DNA of 37,740 nucleotides from a virus (IMGVR_UViG_2603880148_000004), one strand, 5' to 3'. Positions 17,633-28,094 are shown, counted from the first letter of the stretch. Numbers and translations are program-made. The notes: generated by a model from the sequence alone, not told the origin.

Positions 17633-18772
17633 ATGGCTGGAAATACCCTGACCGGGTTGATCCCGACTATTTATACCGCCCTGGATGTTGTATCCCGTGA
17701 GCAGGTAGGTTTTATCCCTGCGGTAGCAAAAAACGCAAAAGCTGACGCCGCAGCAAAAGATCAGACGGTAACCGCGCCAGTTGCGCCTGAGGCGAAAACC
17801 GAAGATATCGTACCGGGGCCGTCAGCTCCGAATACCGGTGATCAAAATATTGGCACTGTTGATGTAAAAATTACTAAATCCAAAATGGCACCGGTTAAAT
17901 GGAATGGTGAAGAACAACTGGCTCTTGGCCCTTCAGGGACTTACAACACCATTCTGGCTGATCAGTTCAAGCAGGCTTTTCGCGCCCTTGCAAACGAGGT
18001 TGAGGCTGATCTTGGTGCGTTGTATTTCGGTGCTTCCCGCGCCGTGGGAACCGCAGGGACAACGCCGTTTGGTGTTAAAGATGATCTTTCTGATGCTGCT
18101 CTGGCTCGTCAGGTTCTGGAGGATAACGGCGCACCGACAACCGATCTGCAGATGGTGCTTGGCTCCACTGCCATTGCTAATTTGCGCGGAAAACAGTCTG
18201 TATTGTTTAAAGTGAATGAATCCGGCACTGAACAGCTACTGCGTGAGGGCGTGTTGGGGCGTCTGGAGGGATTCAATATTCACAGTTCGGCAGGTGTGAA
18301 ACGAGCGCCAAAGGTTGCTGCAACTGGTTATCTCGTGAATGGAGAGAAAAAAGAAGGCGATGTTCTTATTTCCATTGATACTGGTTCGGGGAGTATTTCT
18401 GCAGGTCAGATTGTTACGTTCGCTGGTGATCCGAATCAGTATGTTGTGGCAGCAGCGACCAGCAATCTGATTACTCTTGCAGCGCCCGGACTGCGTCAGG
18501 ATCTGGCCGATGATACTGCCATCACAGTTGTTGGGGCCTTTACGGCAAATATGGCGTTTGATCGCAACGCGTTTCTGCTGGCATCCCGTACTCCGGCAAT
18601 GCCGGAAGGTGGCGATAATGCTGATGATGTAATGAATGTTACGGACCCGATTTCAGGGATTACGTTCCAGATTGCACTGTATCGTCAGTATCGCCAGGTG
18701 CGCTATGAAGTTGGACTGGCATGGGGTGTTTCATCAGTGAAGCCGGCACATGGTTGTCTGATTCTTGGTTAA
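17633..18772 (+). CDS. Major capsid protein, 379 aa
   Basis: Position after scaffold; size; start at ATG 17633 with RBS aaggaa; followed by a terminator hairpin. Confidence 0.72.
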   Translation: MAGNTLTGLIPTIYTALDVVSREQVGFIPAVAKNAKADAAAKDQTVTAPVAPEAKTEDIVPGPSAPNTGDQNIGTVDVKITKSKMAPVKWNGEEQLALGPSGTYNTILADQFKQAFRALANEVEADLGALYFGASRAVGTAGTTPFGVKDDLSDAALARQVLEDNGAPTTDLQMVLGSTAIANLRGKQSVLFKVNESGTEQLLREGVLGRLEGFNIHSSAGVKRAPKVAATGYLVNGEKKEGDVLISIDTGSGSISAGQIVTFAGDPNQYVVAAATSNLITLAAPGLRQDLADDTAITVVGAFTANMAFDRNAFLLASRTPAMPEGGDNADDVMNVTDPISGITFQIALYRQYRQVRYEVGLAWGVSSVKPAHGCLILG

Positions 18773-18782
18773 ACATTCAAAC

Positions 18783-18806
18783 GGGGCTTCGGCCCCATTT
18801 TTAATG
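18783..18806 (+). terminator. Intrinsic terminator downstream of the major capsid gene
   Basis: ggggc-ttcg-gcccc hairpin followed by attttt. Confidence 0.5.
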
Positions 18807-18814
18807 GAGGGCAT

Positions 18815-18991
18815 ATGGCCGGATTAACTAAAGAGCAAAGAGCACAGCGTGAAGCCGCACAAAAAACGCAAATTGAGTTAGTGGTTATGGTGACCGATTA
18901 TCAGATGTTTCCCGGCGCACCAACTATCGCTAATGTTCATCCTGATGAAGTTGACAACTGGAAGGCTATGGGCTGGAAAACTCAGGAGTAA
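18815..18991 (+). CDS. Hypothetical small protein, 58 aa
   Basis: Manually found ORF MAGLTKEQRAQREAAQKTQIELVVMVTDYQMFPGAPTIANVHPDEVDNWKAMGWKTQE with RBS ggaggg upstream; fills the gap between capsid and head-tail genes. Confidence 0.35.
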   Translation: MAGLTKEQRAQREAAQKTQIELVVMVTDYQMFPGAPTIANVHPDEVDNWKAMGWKTQE

Positions 18992-18994
18992 CAC

Positions 18995-19390
18995 ATGATC
19001 ACTTACGTGACCTGTGATGACGTTGATAATGCGTTTGGGAACGCCTGGACGAGTGAGAACGCTAAAAATAAAGCTGTTTTAATGGCTAATGCCTGGCTTA
19101 ATGGCTTCAACCTGAAAATTAACCCATCCCGTATTCCGGAAGAGGTAAAACTTGCGGGAGCATATGCAGCCAGAATTGCCTCATTCGGTAAGTTGTTTCA
19201 GCAGAAAAATGATTCTGGCGTTGTTATCAGTAAAGCCGTGTCGGCTGACGGGGTCAGTGTATCGAAATCATTTGCTGAGTTGCCAGCAAACAGCACTGTA
19301 TTGCTTGAACCCGATTTACAGCTTGCGATAGCACTGCTGAAACCGTACGGACTTAGTCGCTCACAAGTCAGGGTTGTGAGGGGGGGATAA
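18995..19390 (+). CDS. Head-tail connector / head completion protein, 131 aa
   Basis: Gene order after capsid; RBS aggag; size typical. Confidence 0.5.
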   Translation: MITYVTCDDVDNAFGNAWTSENAKNKAVLMANAWLNGFNLKINPSRIPEEVKLAGAYAARIASFGKLFQQKNDSGVVISKAVSADGVSVSKSFAELPANSTVLLEPDLQLAIALLKPYGLSRSQVRVVRGG

Positions 19391-19773
19391 TGGGGCTTCG
19401 TGAAGAGATTCAGTCAGAGGTTGCCGCTGCTTTTGATGAGGATTTAGCGGACGCCGTGAGTGATTTTTCTGGTTCTTACGTTACGCACCGGCACTGGGAT
19501 CCTGTGACGGAAACTGGCGGCGAATCCACCGCAATCTATACCGGGCGAGGCGTGTTGACACGTTATAAGCTGGGCAGAATTGATGGGATTAATATTTTGC
19601 ATGGTGACCTTAAATTAACCGCTCTGGTATGCGAGGTTACGGATAAACCCGCTGTCGACCATATTATTGAGATTTATGATCCTGTATTAAGGCAGTTACA
19701 ACGATACGAGGTAATTACAGCGAGTGTAGATCCTTCCGCATCAGTTTACTCTATCCAGTTAAGGAGAGCGTAA
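19390..19773 (+). CDS. Head closure / head-tail adaptor protein, 127 aa
   Basis: Gene order; RBS gaggggggg; start overlaps preceding stop. Confidence 0.5.
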   Translation: MGLREEIQSEVAAAFDEDLADAVSDFSGSYVTHRHWDPVTETGGESTAIYTGRGVLTRYKLGRIDGINILHGDLKLTALVCEVTDKPAVDHIIEIYDPVLRQLQRYEVITASVDPSASVYSIQLRRA

Positions 19774-20154
19774 ATGGCAAAGGCATGGGATATAGAACCG
19801 TCAATATTTGCCGGGATGATTGAGGAAGATGTGGGGCTGAAAATTCGCTACATCGCTATGCAGATTCTTACTGCTATTGATATTGCTGCTCCGGTTGATA
19901 CCGGACGTTTCAGAAATAACAACCTGGTGTCGTTACAGCATCCCGATTTTGGTATATCTGATAACGTGGATCCGAACGGTACGATTGCGGTTCAGCGTGG
20001 GATCGGGGTTATTTCGAAAGCTGCAAATTACGGAGTTATTTATATCCAGAATAACCTTCCTTATGCAGAGGCTCTTGAAAACGGTCATTCACAACAAGCG
20101 CCAACTGGCGTGTATGCCAACGCTTTTCATGGTGTTTTACAGGCTTACAAATGA
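19774..20154 (+). CDS. Tail completion / neck protein, 126 aa
   Basis: Gene order; RBS aggagag. Confidence 0.5.
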   Translation: MAKAWDIEPSIFAGMIEEDVGLKIRYIAMQILTAIDIAAPVDTGRFRNNNLVSLQHPDFGISDNVDPNGTIAVQRGIGVISKAANYGVIYIQNNLPYAEALENGHSQQAPTGVYANAFHGVLQAYK

Positions 20155-20543
20155 CGTTTACTGAAATCAGAAATACGGTTATTTCCAGAATGACGGCACA
20201 GACGATTATTGATGGAAAAGACGTATTGTATCCGAACGCGCCAACGTTCGATCCTTCCGGTAAGTTAATCTGGGCGCGGTTAAGTAATATTCCCGGGCAG
20301 GCTGGAGTTAATGAAATTGGCGCGGGGCCGGTTGTTTATCGCACGGGGATAATCATTATTCAGTTATTTGTCCCCGCAGGTTCTGGTTCAAAACTCATTA
20401 CTGAGACAGCCGATAAATTGCGGGAACTGTTTGAGTTTCAGGATGACGATCGTCTCAGTTACCAGGCTGTTTCCTCAATAGCCGTCGGCGAAAAGAATGG
20501 CTGGTTCCAGCTTAATCTTCAAATTCCATATCACGCGCTCTAG
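20151..20543 (+). CDS. Tail terminator protein, 130 aa
   Basis: Gene order immediately before the major tail gene; overlapping start. Confidence 0.5.
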   Translation: MTFTEIRNTVISRMTAQTIIDGKDVLYPNAPTFDPSGKLIWARLSNIPGQAGVNEIGAGPVVYRTGIIIIQLFVPAGSGSKLITETADKLRELFEFQDDDRLSYQAVSSIAVGEKNGWFQLNLQIPYHAL

Positions 20544-20569
20544 CGCAATTAATGACATAGGAGGCTCCT

Positions 20570-21532
20570 GTGAGTTCAGGTGCAAAGGTTATCTCGGCAT
20601 TTATCCGGGAGACAGTTGCAGGCACTACGCCAGCAAGTGGTGACTGGAGTTTATTAAAACGCACAAGCTGGGGAGTAAAACCCACCCAGAATAAAGGCGA
20701 AAATAATGAGATTGGTGGCTCCCGGATGGCTCAGGGGGCGACGCCTGGCACTGTGGATGTCGGCGGTGATGTTGGTACCAAATTTCGCTGGGGTCAACAT
20801 GATGATTTTCTTGCATCCTGTTTCGGCGCGGAATGGTCAGGCGATTCTCTGACAATGGGGAATGAGCGAATAACATTTTCTCTGGCGACCTATGCGTCCG
20901 ATGTCGGAATTGCTTCTGTCGTCAGAGGAGCGCAGGTTGGCTCATGGAAAATGCAGATCCCTAACGACGGCGATATTACAGCGACCGTAACCTTTGCCGG
21001 GCTGGGCTGGGAATCAAAGGCCGATGATACGAATTTTATCAAAGGCGAACCTGTGGATAGTGCAGGAAAGTTACGCTATTCGTTTAAGGCGGTTTCAGCA
21101 GTAAGCCTGAATGGTGTTGCCGGAGGTAACGGTTTTTGTATCGACAGTTTTGATATTCAGTTCGATAACAAACTCCAGACACAGCGTTGTATCGGGACTG
21201 GCTCGCCTTATGCAGGAGCAAATATTCCGACTACTTTTACACCGTCCGGTACGGTGACGCTTTCATGGTCTAAAGCCGCGTGGGAAATCTGGAGTAAAAC
21301 ACTGACTGGAGAAACAGTTCCGTTCAGCTTCACGCTTTCGAATGGAGAGGGGGCATACACTTTCAGTTTCCCGAAGGTTCAGGTGTCAGGTGAATGGCCT
21401 GATGGGGGTAATACTGACATTATCCAGGTTCAATTGAGCATTACCGCAGCAGATGAAGCACCTACGATAACCAGAAAAAAATGCTCCCCGACTGCCGTGA
21501 TCGCAAAAGCCAGTGCTGATGCGATTAGTTGA
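20570..21532 (+). CDS. Major tail (tube) protein, 320 aa
   Basis: GTG start with RBS ggagg; position before chaperone G/GT and tape measure; Ser/Thr/Gly-rich. Confidence 0.65.
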   Translation: MSSGAKVISAFIRETVAGTTPASGDWSLLKRTSWGVKPTQNKGENNEIGGSRMAQGATPGTVDVGGDVGTKFRWGQHDDFLASCFGAEWSGDSLTMGNERITFSLATYASDVGIASVVRGAQVGSWKMQIPNDGDITATVTFAGLGWESKADDTNFIKGEPVDSAGKLRYSFKAVSAVSLNGVAGGNGFCIDSFDIQFDNKLQTQRCIGTGSPYAGANIPTTFTPSGTVTLSWSKAAWEIWSKTLTGETVPFSFTLSNGEGAYTFSFPKVQVSGEWPDGGNTDIIQVQLSITAADEAPTITRKKCSPTAVIAKASADAIS

Positions 21533-21580
21533 TTTTCCGTTATTCCCCCTGTGGTACTGCACTACAGGGGGACGCATTGA

Positions 21581-22042
21581 ATGAGGTTATGGATGTTTAT
21601 TCTTAATCAGAAAATTATCATCGGTGGAGAACGCTGGTTTACGCCAATGAAGGACTTAAAACCTGTAGACGGGTTAAAACTGTTGGTGGCAAGCAGCGAT
21701 AACGATCAGTATCGCTCCCGTAATGCATTAATCCGTCGTCACATTGAGAAAATGGATGCCAGTTTGCACGTCGGAACGAAGGAGTTTGATATTTCAAAGG
21801 TTTCCGAGGTAGATTCTGTTGATGATTTACTCATTGATAATGCTGCTCGTTATCTGCTGAAAGACTGGAAAGGGGTTGGTGAACTGGTTAATGGTGCTGA
21901 GGTTGCACTGGAATATACGCCAGAACGAGGGATCGCGCTGCTTAAGCAGAATCCAGAGTTGTACTGGCAGATCCTTGCAGAAGCAGCCAGCATCGCCCAG
22001 GGTAAAGAGCAGCAGAAGCAGGATACGATAAAAAAGCCATAG
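21581..22042 (+). CDS. Tail assembly chaperone (lambda G-like), up to 153 aa; start uncertain (21581 or 21647)
   Basis: Position between major tail and tape measure; acidic; ends 2 codons after a slippery heptamer. Confidence 0.6.
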   Translation: MRLWMFILNQKIIIGGERWFTPMKDLKPVDGLKLLVASSDNDQYRSRNALIRRHIEKMDASLHVGTKEFDISKVSEVDSVDDLLIDNAARYLLKDWKGVGELVNGAEVALEYTPERGIALLKQNPELYWQILAEAASIAQGKEQQKQDTIKKP

Positions 22043-22350
22043 CCGCCCAGCGGTGGTTATCGGAGTTCGGGGGAGAAAGGGGGGAAAAGGCAAGATGGAA
22101 GCGAGAAAAACTCAGGTTGCCACCGATACCGGAACCAGAAATAGCCCCGGTGCTTAAGGAATTGTTGTACGCCTATTCGGTAATATCCCGTGCCCGACGT
22201 TATGCTGGAATGACCGGGGTGCCTTTGCCTTTATCTCTGACAGAGATAAATGAATATTTAGCCACTCATCCGGTATTGATTGAGCGCGATGAGTTTGAAG
22301 CAGTGATCTTTGCACTGGATGACCAGTATTTTCAGGAGCAGTGTGTGTAG
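21581..22350 (+). CDS. Tail assembly chaperone GT-like fusion produced by a programmed -1 frameshift at A-AAA-AAG (22030-22036)
   Basis: The -1 frame is open from 22006 to 22350 and overlaps the end of the G-like ORF; classical X-XXY-YYZ heptamer lies 2 codons before the G stop. Confidence 0.5.
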
Positions 22351-22470
22351 TTGTTAATTACGTACACTCTGTTACAGAGATGTGATGGTGTCTTTAATTA
22401 AATCGATGATGCTCCTGGAGAAAAGCATTGCGTGGCCTCGTAATCGCTATATCTACTATTATGTCGCCTG

Positions 22471-22496
22471 AAACCCACTTCGGTGGGCTTTTTGTT
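22471..22496 (+). terminator. Intrinsic terminator-like hairpin between the chaperone genes and tape measure
   Basis: cccac-ttcg-gtggg hairpin followed by ctttttg. Confidence 0.4.
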
Positions 22497-22513
22497 GTCT
22501 GGAGTTTTAATAA

Positions 22514-25500
22514 ATGGCAGAGCAAACCTCGCGTCTCGCAATAATTATTGATAGCACTGGAGCAAAAAATAATGCTGACAATCTGACCTCCTCATTAGTC
22601 AAAATGACGCAGGCCGGGGAAACTGCTGCAAATAGCGCAGGGAAAGTGACTAAGGCAACAGAAGATGAGAAGAACGCGCTCGCAAAATTAAAAGCAGCTA
22701 TTGATCCAGTTGGTGCCGCAATTGATACTGTCGGTCGACGCTATTCTGAATTAAAGAAATTTTTCGATAAAGGGCTTATTGATAAAGAAGAATATGAATT
22801 TCTTGTCCGTAAACTTAATGAAACCACAGAGGAATTGAGCGGGGTTGCGCAAGCGCAGAGAGAAGTCGAGAAGGCCGGAAAACTTGCTGCCGCCCAGCAG
22901 GAAGCGCAGGCTCAGGCCTTTCAAAGAATGCTGGACAAGATCGACCCTCTGGCTGCGGCGCTAAGAAATCTTGAACAACAGCATGATGAACTTAATGCTG
23001 CGTTTGCATCCGGGAAAATAAATGGTTCTCAGTTTGAGAATTATAGCCGAAAAATACAGGAAACACGGCGAGAGCTTACCGGAGAGGCTCAGGCAGAGCG
23101 AGAAGCAGCAAAAGCGCATGATGAACAGGTTGTTGCTTTGCAACGTCTGATTGCTCAACTTGATCCTGTCGGAACTGCTTTTAATCGTCTGGTAGAACAA
23201 CAGAAACAGCTCAATGAAGCAAAAGCCAAGGGGATGCTTTCTCCTGAAATGTATGAGGAGCTTTCTGGAAAACTTCGTGCTATGCGGAGTGAGCTTGAGG
23301 TTACTCAATCACAATTAAGCAAAACCGGAATGTCGGCAAAACAAACGGCTTTTGCTATGCGCATGTTGCCTGCACAAATGACGGATATTGTTGTTGGGTT
23401 GTCCACTGGTCAGTCGCCATTTATGGTGTTAATGCAGCAGGGCGGCCAGCTAAAAGATATGTTCGGTGGGATTGGCCCGGCGATCAAAGGTGTAGGTTCT
23501 TATGTGCTGGGATTAATTAATCCTTTTACCCTGGCCGCAGCAGCCGTTGGGGTCTTAGGACTGGCTTACTATAAAGGCTCTCAGGAGCAGGACGAATTTA
23601 ATAAATCTCTTATTCTTACCGGAAATTAGTTGGGGACAACCAGCGGGCAATTGGGCGATATAGCTCAACGTGCCGGGAATGCGGCTGATTCGACAACTGG
23701 TGCTGCGGCGGCAGTATTAAATCAGCTTGTGCGTTCGGGAAAGGTAGCGAGCAGTTCGCTGGAGCAAGTGACGACAGCGATAGTAAAAACGAGCGAAGTA
23801 ACAGGAATATCAACCGAACAACTGGTTAATGACTTCAATGAAATTGCAAAGGATCCTGTCAGTGCCATATCAAAACTTAATGATCAGTACCATTTTCTGA
23901 CACTTGCGACTTATAACCAGATTAAGGCGCTACAGGATGAAGGGAACCAGCAGGAGGCCGCCCGCATTGCGACAGAAGAATACTCATCCTCAATGATCCA
24001 GCGCACCAACCAGATTAAAGAAAATCTTGGTTATCTTGAGACTGCATGGAAAGCTGTCGCAGACTCCGCAAAATGGGCATGGGATTCCATGCTGGATATT
24101 GGCCGTGAGACCTCCCTTGATCAAAAAATCTCAGATGTTCTCCGTCAAATTGATGAAATAGAAAAAAATACCCGACCCGGAGTTTTCGGGTTAGGTGGCA
24201 TTGGAGATGGCGGAGCTCAAAATAAAAGGCTGGCACGATTAAAGCAGCAATTGGGCGTACTTCAAGCAGAAAAAATTGCTCAGGACGTACTAAATTCATC
24301 AATAAACGATTACAACAAGCGACAACAGGAAGGAATTGAACTCAGACAGAGAGCAGATGCCTTTTCAAAACAATATCAGACCCGGGAGCAGCAGAGAGCT
24401 AGTGAACTTGCAAAACTGGAAAAGCTAAAGAATCAGTATTCAAAGGAAGAATATAATAATCTTATCGCTCAAATAAATGAGCGTTATAAAGATCCAAAGC
24501 AACCAAAGGCGAAAGGTTATTCTGATGATGCAGCCCAACGAATGATTGATCATCTGAATCAACAGAATGCGTTACTAAGTTCACAAGCTGAGTTGACCGT
24601 TAAATTAAGTTCCTCTGAACAGGAACTGGTTAAGTGGCGTCAGCGGATTGCCGACCTAGAGTCACGACCATCATCGAAATTAACCCAGGATCAGAAATCG
24701 CTTCTCTTACACCGGGAAGAAATAACCGCGTTGATGGAGAAAAATGTTACGATTGAAAAGAATAACAGGCTAATCAAGGAATCCGCCGAAATAACAGCAT
24801 GGCGTGATTCATTGCAGGCTTCGATTGATAATCGTCAGCAGGGGTATGATATTCAGATTGCTGGTTATGGGGTTGGCGATAAAAATCAGCAACGCCAGCA
24901 GGAATTACTGCGGATTGAACATGGATATAACAATCAGCGTCTGCAACTTGAACGTGACTATGCAGATAAATCCCGTGGAATGTCAGATCATGTTTTTCAA
25001 GAGAAAATGCAGGCTCTGAATGATGCTCTGGAACGGGAAAAAGAAATTGTCAGACAGAAAAACGAGCAGCTCGATATTCAGGCAGGAGACTGGGTTAGTG
25101 ATGCCTCCCAGGGATTCAATAACTGGCTGGATGACACTAAGGATATCAGTGAGCAGATAAAATCAACCACGACTCAGATGTTTGATGGGATGACCGATGC
25201 GCTGGGTGATTTTGTCACGACAGGCAAGGCAAATTTTCGTTCTTTCGCTACTTCCGTGATTTCGGATCTTAGTCGAATAGCATTAAAGGCTTCAATTACT
25301 GGGATTTTCGACAGCATTAGTAACAGTTCTTCTGGGGGGATTTTAGGAACTATCGGGAGTGCTATTAGTAAATTTATTCCGAATGCAAAGGGCGGTGTTT
25401 ATGAGTCTCCGTCATTGAGCACGTATTCGAACGGTATTTATGATTCCCCGCAATTTTTTGCTTTTGCAAAAGGGGCTGGTGTTTTTGGTGAGGCTGGACC

Positions 25501-25747
25501 GGAAGCCATTATGCCATTAACACGAACTTCCGATGGTTCTCTTGGTGTCAGAGCTATTAATAGTAAAAGTGGTAATGGAGGCGGAGATATTACCTATGCC
25601 CCTGTATACCAAATCACTATTCAAAATGACGGCCAGAATGGAGAGATTGGCCCTCAGGCAATAAAAGCACTTATGGGGATGGTTGATCAGCGGGTGCAGG
25701 GCAATCTGTTAAATATGCGACGTGATGGGGGAATGTTAAGTGGCTAA
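22514..25747 (+). pseudogene. Tail tape measure protein gene interrupted by an in-frame TAG at 23627-23629 (371-aa and 705-aa segments in one frame)
   Basis: Both ORFs share a reading frame and are separated only by TAG; the second begins at TTG straight after the stop; coiled-coil-rich N-terminal part and Gly-rich C-terminal part; combined length about 1077 aa. Confidence 0.75.
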
Positions 25748-26078
25748 TACGGAAGAATTTCACTGGTTACCAGAGGATGGAATGAAAACAGAAAATAAAC
25801 CATCGATAAAAACTGTAAGATTTGGCGATGGTTATGAGCAACGAAGTCCAAATGGACTTAATCATTCTCTGCGCGTTTTCACCTGTGATTTCAAAGTTGA
25901 GGCGAATGAACGTGATTCATTTGAAAAATTTTTAGCCCGGCATGAAGGCTATAAATCTTTTTTTTGGCGCCCGCCGGGTATTAACAGAAAAATCAGAGTG
26001 GTGTGTCGAACGTGGTCAGCGACAGAACATATCACCTATACCGATTTTTCGTGTCAGTTTGACGAAGTGGTGATCTGA
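25740..26078 (+). CDS. M: Minor tail protein M (lambda M-like), 112 aa from GTG
   Basis: ...TVRFGDGYEQRSPNGLN... and ...WSATEHITYTDFSCQFDEVV resemble lambda M motifs; position after tape measure. Confidence 0.85.
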   Translation: MANTEEFHWLPEDGMKTENKPSIKTVRFGDGYEQRSPNGLNHSLRVFTCDFKVEANERDSFEKFLARHEGYKSFFWRPPGINRKIRVVCRTWSATEHITYTDFSCQFDEVVI

Positions 26079-26776
26079 TGCAGGACATACAACAGGAAAC
26101 GCTGAATGAATGCATTCGTGCGGAGCAGTCGGCCAGCGTGGTGCTCTGGGAAATCGACCTGACCGAGGTAGGCGGGGATCGCTACTTTTTCTGTAATGAG
26201 CAGAACGAAAAAGGTGAGTCTGTCACCTGGCAGAGTCGGCAGTATCAGGCCTATCCCATTCAGGGGAGTGGATTTGAGATGAACGGCAAGGGCAGTGCTG
26301 CCCGTCCGACACTGACGGTCTCTAACCTGCACGGCATGATCACCGGGATGGCGGAAGATCTGCAGAGTCTGGTCGGCGGGACGGTGGTCCGGCGTAAGGT
26401 TTACGCCCGCTTTCTGGATGCGGTGAACTTCGTCAACGGAAACAGCGAAGCCGATCCGGAGCAGGAGGTGATCAGCCGCTGGCGCATCGAGCAGTGCAGC
26501 GAACTGAGCGCGGTCAGTGCCTCTTTTGTACTGTCCACGCCGACTGAAACGGATGGCGCTGTTTTTCCGGGACGTATCATGCTGGCCAACACCTGCACCT
26601 GGACCTATCGCGGCGATGAGTGCGGTTATAGCGGTCCGGCGGTCGCGGATGAATATGACCAGCCGACGTCCGATATCACGAAGGATAAATGCAGCAAATG
26701 CCTGAGTGGCTGTAAGTTTCGCAATAATGTCGGCAACTTTGGCAGCTTCCTTTCCATTAACAAACTTTCGCAGTAA
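26078..26776 (+). CDS. L: Minor tail protein L (lambda L-like), 232 aa
   Basis: MQDIQQETLNECIRAEQSASVVLWEIDLTEVGG... near-identical to lambda L as recalled; C-terminal Cys cluster. Confidence 0.92.
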   Translation: MQDIQQETLNECIRAEQSASVVLWEIDLTEVGGDRYFFCNEQNEKGESVTWQSRQYQAYPIQGSGFEMNGKGSAARPTLTVSNLHGMITGMAEDLQSLVGGTVVRRKVYARFLDAVNFVNGNSEADPEQEVISRWRIEQCSELSAVSASFVLSTPTETDGAVFPGRIMLANTCTWTYRGDECGYSGPAVADEYDQPTSDITKDKCSKCLSGCKFRNNVGNFGSFLSINKLSQ

Positions 26777-26781
26777 ATCCC

Positions 26782-27525
26782 ATGACAGAGACAGAATCAG
26801 CGATTCTGGCGCACGCCCGCCGATGTGCGCCAGCGGAGTCGTGCGGCTTCGTGGTGAAAACGCCGGAGGGAGAAAGATATTTTCCCTGCGTGAATATCTC
26901 CGGTGAGCCGGAGGAGTATTTCCGGATGTCGCCGGAGGACTGGCTGCGGGCAGAGATGCAGGGTGAGATTGTGGCACTGGTCCACAGTCACCCCGGTGGT
27001 CTGCCCTGGCTGAGTGAGGCCGACCGGCGGCTGCAGGTGCAGAGTGATTTGCCGTGGTGGCTGGTCTGCCGGGGGGCGATTCATAAATTCCGCTGTGTGC
27101 CGCATCTCACCGGGCGGCGCTTTGAGCACGGGGTGACGGACTGTTACACGCTGTTCCGGGATGCTTACCATCTGGCGGGAATTGAGATGCCGGATTTTCA
27201 TCGCGGGGATGACTGGTGGCGTCACGGTCAGAATCTCTATCTGGATAATCTGGAGGCCACAGGGCTGTATCAGGTGCCGTTGTCAGCGGCGCAGCCGGGC
27301 GATGTGCTGCTGTGCTGTTTTGGTTCATCGGTGCCGAATCATGCCGCCATTTACTGCGGCGACGGCGAGCTGTTGCACCATATTCCTGAACAACTGAGCA
27401 AACGAGAGAGGTATACAGACAAATGGCAGCGACGCACACACTCCCTCTGGCGTCACCGGGCATGGCACGCATCTGCCTTTACGGGGATTTACAACGATTT
27501 GGCCGCCGCATCGACCTTCGTGTGA
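26782..27525 (+). CDS. K: Tail tip assembly protein K (lambda K-like; MPN/JAMM and NlpC/P60-like motifs), 247 aa as the longest ORF
   Basis: MTETESAILAHARRCAPAESCGFVV...HSHPGG... lambda K-like; the 3' end overlaps gene I by 103 nt. Confidence 0.88.
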   Translation: MTETESAILAHARRCAPAESCGFVVKTPEGERYFPCVNISGEPEEYFRMSPEDWLRAEMQGEIVALVHSHPGGLPWLSEADRRLQVQSDLPWWLVCRGAIHKFRCVPHLTGRRFEHGVTDCYTLFRDAYHLAGIEMPDFHRGDDWWRHGQNLYLDNLEATGLYQVPLSAAQPGDVLLCCFGSSVPNHAAIYCGDGELLHHIPEQLSKRERYTDKWQRRTHSLWRHRAWHASAFTGIYNDLAAASTFV

Positions 27526-28094
27526 AAACGGGGGCCGAAGCCATCCGGGCGCTGGCCACACAGCTCCCGGCGTTTCGTCAGAAACTGAGCGACGGCTGGT
27601 ATCAGGTACGGATTGCCGGGCGGGACGTCAGCACGTCCGGATTGACGGCGCAGTTACATGAGGTTCTGCCTGACGGCGCTGTGATTCATATTGTTCCCAG
27701 AGTCGCCGGGGCCAAGTCAGGGGGCGTATTCCAGATTGTTCTGGGGGCTGCCGCCATTGCCGGATCATTCTTTACTGCCGGAGCCACCCTTGCAGCATGG
27801 GGGGCAGCCATTGGGGCAGGTGGTATGACCGGCATCCTGTTTTCTCTCGGTGCCAGTATGGTGCTCGGTGGTGTGGCCCAGATGCTGGCACCGAAAGCCA
27901 GTACCGCAACAACGACCAGCACGGATAACGGTAAGCAGAACACGTATTTCTCGTCACTGGATAACATGGTTGCCCAGGGCAATGTTCTGCCTGTTCTGTA
28001 CGGTGAAATGCGCGTGGGGTCACGCGTGGTTTCTCAGGAGATCAGCACGGCAGACGAAGGGGACGGTGGTCAGGTTGTGGTGATTGGTCGCTGA
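27423..28094 (+). CDS. I: Tail tip assembly protein I (lambda I-like), 223 aa
   Basis: MAATHTLPLASPGMARICLYGDLQRFGRRIDLRVKTG... matches lambda I from memory. Confidence 0.9.
   Translation: MAATHTLPLASPGMARICLYGDLQRFGRRIDLRVKTGAEAIRALATQLPAFRQKLSDGWYQVRIAGRDVSTSGLTAQLHEVLPDGAVIHIVPRVAGAKSGGVFQIVLGAAAIAGSFFTAGATLAAWGAAIGAGGMTGILFSLGASMVLGGVAQMLAPKASTATTTSTDNGKQNTYFSSLDNMVAQGNVLPVLYGEMRVGSRVVSQEISTADEGDGGQVVVIGR

Noticed and set aside
26054-26977. 307-aa minus-strand ORF overlapping tail genes L and K
   Set aside because: Pro/Arg/Ala-rich translation typical of antisense frames in GC-rich lambda tail genes; the sense strand encodes near-lambda L and K
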